From positions 1-12,452 of the forward strand of contig JAGVWM010000010.1 in assembly GCA_018304325.1 (NCBI GenBank): DNA of 12,452 bases, given 5' to 3'. Below are positions 8,100 through 12,452 of the stretch, piece after piece. Numbering within the stretch: the stretch's first letter is position 1; each line of letters begins with the position of its first letter. This stretch comes from Candidatus Pacearchaeota archaeon (GTDB taxonomy: Archaea; Nanobdellota; Nanobdellia; Pacearchaeales; GW2011-AR1). A program made the position numbers and the translations under genes. Below the pieces are notes generated by a model, which saw only the letters and a list, made by a program, of their open reading frames with translations, ran no database searches and was not told the DNA's origin.

Positions 8100-8157
8100 T
8101 ACTACTTTATTAAGAAATATATTTATTAGCAGGATGATAAAATAATAACTATAAAAC

Positions 8158-8322
8158 ATGGTTGAAAAAATAATTTTAAATATAGGTGAATTTAAAAGAT
8201 ATTATCTCCCAAGATTGCATGAAGAAGAAATTGAGGCAATAATGGAGCATCCAGAATTATATGGAACAGGAATTGTTAGAGAGATTTTTGAAAAGATTTC
8301 AAAACACACTACTAACATCTAA
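8158..8322 (+). CDS. Hypothetical 54-aa ORF occupying the slot where rpl30e normally sits
   Basis: ATG to TAA, MVEKIILNIGEFKRYYLPRLHEEEIEAIMEHPELYGTGIVREIFEKISKHTTNI. It falls below the ORF-track length cut-off. It is same-strand and ends 19 nt before nusA. It shows no resemblance to L30e and I recognise no family. Confidence 0.3.
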   Translation: MVEKIILNIGEFKRYYLPRLHEEEIEAIMEHPELYGTGIVREIFEKISKHTTNI

Positions 8323-8341
8323 TAATTAATTTGAAGATAAG

Positions 8342-8758
8342 ATGATAAGAACAATTGATATGCAACATATGAGGTATTTAAACCTCTTTTCTAGAATAAC
8401 TAAGATAAGTACTCAACATTGTTTTATTTACAATGGTCAGCTTATTTTTGTTGTTCCAGAAGCTCTTGTTTCAAGGGCAATTGGGGATAATGGTAGAAAT
8501 ATCAGAAAAATATCAGAGGTAATAAATAAAAAAGTTAAAGTGGTAATGATTCCTAATGGAATAAAAGATGCAGAAAAGTTTATTTCAACAATAATTTATC
8601 CTGCTCAGCTAAAAAGTGTTGAAGTTAAAGATAATGTTTTAATTATAAATGCTGGTCAGCAAAACAAAGCTTTGTTAATAGGTAGAAACAAAGCAAGATT
8701 GGAGGAAATGAAGGAAATTGTTAAGAGTTACTTCGGAAAAGAGGTAAAAGTTGTTTAA
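8342..8758 (+). CDS. nusA: Archaeal NusA-like transcription elongation/termination factor (two KH domains, 138 aa)
   Basis: Size and architecture are typical of archaeal NusA. There are two KH-like modules with GxxG-type loops: AIGDNGRNIRKISEVINKKVKVV and ALLIGRNKARLEEMKEIVKSYFGKEV. It has the canonical position downstream of rpoA. Confidence 0.8.
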   Translation: MIRTIDMQHMRYLNLFSRITKISTQHCFIYNGQLIFVVPEALVSRAIGDNGRNIRKISEVINKKVKVVMIPNGIKDAEKFISTIIYPAQLKSVEVKDNVLIINAGQQNKALLIGRNKARLEEMKEIVKSYFGKEVKVV

Positions 8759-8772
8759 TAAAAAATAGGCTA

Positions 8773-8778
8773 TTTTTT
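8773..8778 (+). terminator. Oligo-T tract (T6) 15 nt after the nusA stop, an archaeal-type termination signal candidate
   Basis: The sequence is taaaaaaataggctaTTTTTTgg. Archaeal RNAP commonly terminates at T-runs. This is positional evidence only. Confidence 0.3.
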
Positions 8779-8785
8779 GGAAAAG

Positions 8786-8795
8786 TATAAATATA
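8786..8795 (+). promoter_or_regulatory. TATA-box-like element (tataaatata) preceded by a purine-rich gaaaag, upstream of the Tat-signal ORF
   Basis: It is intergenic, about 80 nt upstream of the ATG at 8873. The AT-rich background makes the call weak. Confidence 0.25.
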
Positions 8796-8872
8796 AGTTA
8801 TGTTTTATAACTATGAAGTTAAGATAAACCTTTAAATAATTATTATTTTATTTAAACTAACTGGAGTATAAA

Positions 8873-9201
8873 ATGAAAAGTTCAAGAGATACAGGTGATA
8901 AAAAATATGAAGGAATAGAAAGAAGAGATTTTCTTAAGTATGTTGGTAGAGGTATTGCAGGATTATTATTTTAGGTGAAACTGTGAGATCAGCTAGTAAA
9001 TATCCAACCTGTGATGAAAATAATACAAATTATACCAAAGAGCTTGCTAAGAGAGAAGAAAACTTCTATAGTGCAATAACTAATGTAGCTTCTTCTAATA
9101 ACTATGGTGTAGTTGTTGAAAAAGGGGATCCTGAAATTGCAGGATATAAAGATATAACTTCAGAGGTTGTTAAAGCTTTGAAAGAAATTGAGAAAAATTA
9201 A
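8873..9201 (+). pseudogene. Small secreted (Tat-signal) protein gene interrupted by a 1-nt frame change; alternatively two separate short ORFs (8873-8974 and 8983-9201)
   Basis: The ATG at 8873 has GGAG 6 nt upstream. It encodes MKSSRDTGDKKYEGIERRDFLKYVGRGIAGLLF and then TAG (8972-8974). RRDFLK matches the twin-arginine consensus [ST]RRxFLK, and the hydrophobic region is cut short by the stop. The -1 frame is open from 8950 and continues as ...LGETVRSASKYPTCDENN... to the TAA at 9199-9201. Joining the two gives a plausible protein of about 108 aa. In counter-evidence, AGGTGA lies 4 nt upstream of the GTG at 8983. Confidence 0.45.
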
Positions 9202-9220
9202 AAATAATCTTAATTGAAAG

Positions 9221-9256
9221 GAAATCCCACAGCTTGCTGTGATTGGGAGCTTCACT
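9221..9256 (-). repeat. 36-bp repeat, copy B (inverted orientation relative to 165-200)
   Basis: gaaatcccacagcttgctgtgattgggagcttcact is the exact reverse complement of 165-200. It lies between convergent gene ends (+ ORF stop at 9201, - ORF stop at 9285). T5 follows on the + strand (9260-9264), and atttcctttc follows on the - strand. Confidence 0.9.
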
Positions 9257-9284
9257 AAATTTTTAGATTATTTAATGATATTTT

Positions 9285-10682
9285 TTAATGTTGTTGAGTT
9301 CCAACTAAACTATCTCTTTCTATAACTCTAGCTTCTAAGAAATAGAACAATTGCGATTGATTGTTCTCTATACTTCTGGAGGTTATTACTCCGTTAATAA
9401 AAGGAATTTTATTCAAACCCGGAATTCCTCTGTCAACAGACTTATACCTAGTGAATAAGGTTGCTCCTAAAAAATAAGTTTCTCCGTTTCTTATTGTTAC
9501 ATCTGTATTTATATCAGATTCCCTGAATACAATTCTTTGAACAGTTCCTACATAACCTGCTTGCTCTCCCGATTTTCCCTGTTCAACTTTAACAGTAATA
9601 AGACCCTCTTCATTAGCATAAGGAGTCATTTTGATCTCTGTACCAATATCTCTATACTTTAAGGTTTCATAAGTAGAGGTTGGCAACACTACAAATTCAG
9701 GATAAGGGACAGAATTTATATTTCTCATAAAAACTGAGGTTCCATTTGAAACCAAGACATCAACATCTGAAACAATGTTTACTTTGCCATGACTGTCAAG
9801 AAATTTAATCGCCCCTGAAAGATTAAATTCATTTGCAACTTCTGTTACATGCCGTATAATATTTCCAACTCCTCCTGCTGGATTGGGAATATATTCATAA
9901 GTTCTTATAACATTTGGATCATTTGCATTGAAAAATGGGTTAATATCTATACCTGTTGTTAGAGGCTTTGTTTCATCAGCATTGCTTGGTAAATTCAAAG
10001 AAAATGTATTCGCTCCATTTCTTAATACCTTAATAGCTAATTCTCTATCATAAGTATTGTCTGCAAAATATTCAACAATCTTCATTCTTAATCTAACTTG
10101 TAAAGCAGGCAAGTCAAATTCGTTTAGCAATGTAGATAAATAGGAAAAATCTCCGAATTCAGTTTCAGGACCATTGAAAATTAGTATGTTCTGATTTGGA
10201 AATTCAGTAATTTTTATGTTAGGTATATACTCTTCCACAATCTTTTTCAAATCAGGAGCAGCAAGTCTTGAGTGATATTGCATAATAACTCTCCCAGAAT
10301 TATCTTTTATGTATGTAGCATTGAGTGATGGTATTTTAAATCTCTGTGATTGTGGAACATCTACTAAAGTTTCTAAAGTTTTTGGAGGTGTGTTTTCATC
10401 ATCCCTTAAATAGCCCCTACTATTTATTATTTTATAGTTATGCTCTTTATCATATTCTGAATAATCTATTTTTATTATATCTGAAACAGGTTCTTCATTT
10501 TTAGATTCATTTGTTCTAAATACCTCATGGACTAGTGGAGAATTATTTATCACTGTTGCAGTTTTATGTAATAAGTTGGTAGGATTTACTTTACTTAGTG
10601 TATTACATCCAGGACCGATTGTGCTGAGAATTCCTATAAGACCTGTTGCAAATGCTCTTGTGGCTGTTTTTCTTGCGTTCAT
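9285..10682 (-). CDS. Secretin-family protein (GspD/PilQ/RcpA/pIV-like) with a lipoprotein-like signal peptide, 465 aa
   Basis: The N-terminus MNARKTATRAFATGLIGILSTIGPGC is a signal peptide with Cys26 in a lipobox-like context. Residues about 155-205, IKITEFPNQNILIFNGPETEFGDFSYLSTLLNEFDLPALQVRLRMKIVE, fit the secretin N-domain pattern (..NsLiv.g.....l..li..lD.p..QV.ie..ivE). Residues about 340-456 read LKYRDIGTEIKMTPYANEEGLITVKVEQ...SDINTDVTIRNGETYFLGATLF...RGIPGLNKIPFINGVITSRS...QSQLFYFLEARVIE. That fits the secretin C-terminal core (Y.dvG..L.vtP.i...g.i.l.v.....t.v.v.dGet.vlGGL......vP.L..iP.lG.lF.......eL.ifitP.ii). A strong SD-like agaGGTGgcGAGG lies 6-17 nt upstream of the ATG. Confidence 0.75.
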   Translation of the reverse strand: MNARKTATRAFATGLIGILSTIGPGCNTLSKVNPTNLLHKTATVINNSPLVHEVFRTNESKNEEPVSDIIKIDYSEYDKEHNYKIINSRGYLRDDENTPPKTLETLVDVPQSQRFKIPSLNATYIKDNSGRVIMQYHSRLAAPDLKKIVEEYIPNIKITEFPNQNILIFNGPETEFGDFSYLSTLLNEFDLPALQVRLRMKIVEYFADNTYDRELAIKVLRNGANTFSLNLPSNADETKPLTTGIDINPFFNANDPNVIRTYEYIPNPAGGVGNIIRHVTEVANEFNLSGAIKFLDSHGKVNIVSDVDVLVSNGTSVFMRNINSVPYPEFVVLPTSTYETLKYRDIGTEIKMTPYANEEGLITVKVEQGKSGEQAGYVGTVQRIVFRESDINTDVTIRNGETYFLGATLFTRYKSVDRGIPGLNKIPFINGVITSRSIENNQSQLFYFLEARVIERDSLVGTQQH

Positions 10683-10783
10683 TCATAACCTCGCCACCTC
10701 TATAGTATTACTCAATAGTTATGATATTTAAACATATACTAAAATTAATATATATTTTATAGTATATATTATAATAATTTAAT

Positions 10784-11287
10784 CTATAATGTGTTGTACT
10801 CTTTGTGATTCTTTATCCATTCAGAAACTTTTTCATTGTCTGATGTGAAAGTTGTTTTATCCCAATACTCTCCGAATTTTTTGTTTATATGATATGCTGC
10901 TTCTCTGCATAAAATAAAATAACTTTTACTTGGTAGTTTATTTTTTTTGTCAATTTTAATTGAATAGTCTACAACTATAAAACAATCACCTATTATTTTT
11001 TTATTTCTGAAATCATATGCTTTTGTTGTTTCAAAATTGTACAAATTTTCTCTTTTTTTAATTTCTTTTAATTCTAATTCATTAACTTTAAACATTACTC
11101 CATTTAGCTCTGAATTTTTTGATTTCTCAAGATTTAATATGTCAGAATTTTCATTTTTCTTTACATAAATATCAAAAATTCTTTTATAACCTTTTATTAT
11201 TACCGGCTTAAAGTGTTTATTGTTTATTGTTTCCTTCAGGGAGTTATGGCTAATAAGACTGCCATAACCTATCATATTATACTCCAT
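10784..11287 (-). CDS. Gamma-glutamylcyclotransferase-fold protein (ChaC/AIG2-like), 167 aa
   Basis: The N-terminal IGYGSLISH carries the YGSL motif of the GGCT/ChaC fold. This is followed by IIKGYKRIF (ChaC-like GY.R.F) and ELKEIKKRENLY (RE..Y context of the catalytic Glu). It is on the same strand as, and 101 bp upstream of, the secretin-like gene. The call rests on motifs only. Confidence 0.45.
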   Translation of the reverse strand: MEYNMIGYGSLISHNSLKETINNKHFKPVIIKGYKRIFDIYVKKNENSDILNLEKSKNSELNGVMFKVNELELKEIKKRENLYNFETTKAYDFRNKKIIGDCFIVVDYSIKIDKKNKLPSKSYFILCREAAYHINKKFGEYWDKTTFTSDNEKVSEWIKNHKEYNTL

Positions 11288-11448
11288 TTTACTCTTTTGA
11301 TTTAATTATAATGACAAAACAAATGATGTATTTAAATTTTAAGATTAAATAAAAATATGTTTTTCTTGGCTTAATGTTTCAAATTATCTACAGTATCTCC
11401 GCACGAGTGTTAATACTATAAAATTAATCCACAAAGATTAAATACTTA

Positions 11449-11467
11449 ACCTATCTATTAGATAGGT
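11449..11467. promoter_or_regulatory. 19-bp palindrome (acctatcta-t-tagataggt) abutting the start codon of the IS small ORF; candidate operator or translation-masking hairpin
   Basis: It has perfect 9-bp arms separated by 1 nt and ends immediately before the ATG at 11468. Function is inferred from position only. Confidence 0.35.
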
Positions 11468-11626
11468 ATGAGAAGAGTTAAGATAATAAATAAATCAACA
11501 CTTACTCTGAAAGGGATAAAATGTTTTCTTGAAAGAGAAGTTAAACCCTTTGGGACAAGTGCTAGAATAGATTTCCCAAAGGAATTCATCGGAAAAAAAG
11601 TGTATGTTATAGTGGCCGATGGATGA
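11468..11626 (+). CDS. Small transposon-associated protein (52 aa; DUF2080-like / AbrB-SpoVT-like pattern)
   Basis: The sequence is MRRVKIINKSTLTLKGIKCFLEREVKPFGTSARIDFPKEFIGKKVYVIVADG. The segment G.SARI.FPKEFIGKKVYVIV resembles the short archaeal proteins encoded directly upstream of transposases. It overlaps the transposase start by 8 nt (ATGGATGA). It falls below the ORF-track length cut-off. Confidence 0.5.
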   Translation: MRRVKIINKSTLTLKGIKCFLEREVKPFGTSARIDFPKEFIGKKVYVIVADG

Positions 11627-12452
11627 AAATAAAATAAGTTTTAGTTTAGGAATATTAAAACATTTTATTAATGATTCTTTAGGATTAGATTATGAATCTA
11701 ATAAGGTTACTGGATTTGAATTATTAAACTCGGTTGTTTGTGCTTCAGCCCATAATACTTATGTTGAAACGGTTGGAGATAAAGCGGATACGCTTTATCG
11801 TCGGATAAAGGAATCTCCAATAAGCATGACTACCCACGCTTATCTAAATTATATAAAAAGATTATCTGCAAAGTTAGAATTAAATAAAAAAGAAATTGTT
11901 CTTGCATTTGATTATACAGATGAAGATTTTTATGGTGATGTTCAAGGTTTTGACATTCATGGCTGGACAGGAAAAGATGCAGTTACAGGACATTTTAAAT
12001 TTCTAACATGCAGTATAATTTCCGATGATATTCCTGAAAAAATACCTTTAATCTCCATTCCAATAATGCTCGGGCATTATAAAAGCAGTGTAGTGTTACA
12101 CTGCTTATCTTTGATTAAAAATTATATTGGAAAAATTAATTTGATTTTATTTGATAGGGGATTTTATGATAAAGATTTGATGTATGAATTAACAAAATTA
12201 AGTTATCCTTATTTGATATTTGTTCCAAAACATAAGGATAAAAAAGAAATTATTTATCCAATGAAAATAGATGAACAAGTCGCCATTTACAACAATTTTG
12301 TCGTCAATAAAAATCAGAACAGATATTCTGGAGAGAACATCTTAATTTTTCTCAAACAAATTTATGATCCAAGAAGTGAGAAAAATTACGATTGGGTTTT
12401 TGCAACAAATGTCGAAGAAGTTTTGCTTGAAAATCTAGTTATAACTTACAAA
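11619..12452 (+). CDS. DDE transposase, ISH3/IS4-like, N-terminal 278 aa (ORF runs off the window end)
   Basis: I translated this by hand with no stop through 12452; it is absent from the ORF track because it is incomplete. LAFDYTDEDFYGDVQGFDIHGWTGKD is a first catalytic Asp in the D.T....YYG context typical of ISH3-type enzymes. NLILFDRGFYDKD is a second Asp in a DRGF context. The window ends at ...LVITYK, where the Y..RW.IE signature would be expected. Confidence 0.75.
   Translation, partial: MDENKISFSLGILKHFINDSLGLDYESNKVTGFELLNSVVCASAHNTYVETVGDKADTLYRRIKESPISMTTHAYLNYIKRLSAKLELNKKEIVLAFDYTDEDFYGDVQGFDIHGWTGKDAVTGHFKFLTCSIISDDIPEKIPLISIPIMLGHYKSSVVLHCLSLIKNYIGKINLILFDRGFYDKDLMYELTKLSYPYLIFVPKHKDKKEIIYPMKIDEQVAIYNNFVVNKNQNRYSGENILIFLKQIYDPRSEKNYDWVFATNVEEVLLENLVITYK

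Larger units (their letters stand above)
11468..12452 (+). mobile_element. Partial insertion sequence (small ORF plus DDE transposase); the left boundary is not determinable and the right end lies outside the window
   Basis: It has a two-gene IS architecture with overlapping ORFs. Terminal inverted repeats cannot be identified without the right end. The true left end is probably somewhere in 11290-11467. Confidence 0.6.

Noticed and set aside
8821-8833. 13-mer aagataaaccttt identical to the unit boundary of the 57-bp tandem repeat (4073-4085 and 4130-4142)
   Set aside because: The match does not include the palindrome's second arm. In an AT-rich window some chance matches of this length are expected, so it is not enough to call another repeat copy.
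8966-8974. Programmed ribosomal frameshift joining the Tat-signal ORF to the downstream frame
   Set aside because: There is no X XXY YYZ slippery heptamer in the correct phase. A +1 slip on TTT T leads straight to a TGA, and no obvious downstream structure is present. A simple indel or pseudogene is more likely.
165-9256. The 36-bp repeats as CRISPR repeats, or as terminal inverted repeats of a composite transposon carrying the RNAP operon
   Set aside because: There are only two copies, 9 kb apart and inverted, with no array of regularly spaced units and no cas genes. The cargo is essential core transcription genes with no transposase between the copies, and no target-site duplication is evident. 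A dispersed hairpin repeat is more parsimonious.
1-12452. tRNA, rRNA or other structured RNA genes, and inteins in rpoA/rpoB
   Set aside because: No GC-enriched stretch of 70 nt or more with cloverleaf potential was seen; the only GC-richer patches are the short hairpin repeats. Both RNAP ORFs are collinear with known subunits, with no extra block flanked by intein splice motifs.

Overview
AT-rich archaeal chromosomal segment; the lineage cannot be assigned from this window. The compact, divergent core proteins are reminiscent of reduced-genome archaea, which is inference. Core block on the + strand: rpoH (533-736), unsplit rpoB (738-4022), a single-ORF rpoA in which A' and A'' are fused (4618-8079), a 54-aa ORF, and an archaeal-type two-KH nusA (8342-8758). 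Four things do not fit a textbook RNAP operon. (1) The rpoB-rpoA junction is interrupted by about 600 bp: 2.5 copies of a 57-bp tandem repeat, each full unit with two perfect palindromes, plus two tiny ORFs packed against rpoA (a 2-TM protein and a 5-Cys protein). (2) A perfect 36-bp inverted-repeat pair (165-200 and 9221-9256) brackets the whole 9-kb block. (3) The usual rpl30e and rps12/rps7 neighbours are absent. (4) Right of the second repeat copy lies a minus-strand accessory region with a 465-aa lipoprotein-like protein. Its N-domain and C-terminal core read as a bacterial/phage secretin (GspD/PilQ/RcpA/pIV family), which is unexpected in an archaeon and is the most interesting item here. 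Upstream of it on the same strand is a GGCT/ChaC-fold gene. Also present are a small Tat-signal gene broken by a 1-nt frame change (8873-9201) and the left part of an IS element (52-aa transposon-associated ORF overlapping an ISH3/IS4-like DDE transposase) that runs off the window end. No tRNA, rRNA, CRISPR array or intein was recognised. All family calls rest on motif recognition by eye and need HMM or BLAST confirmation.
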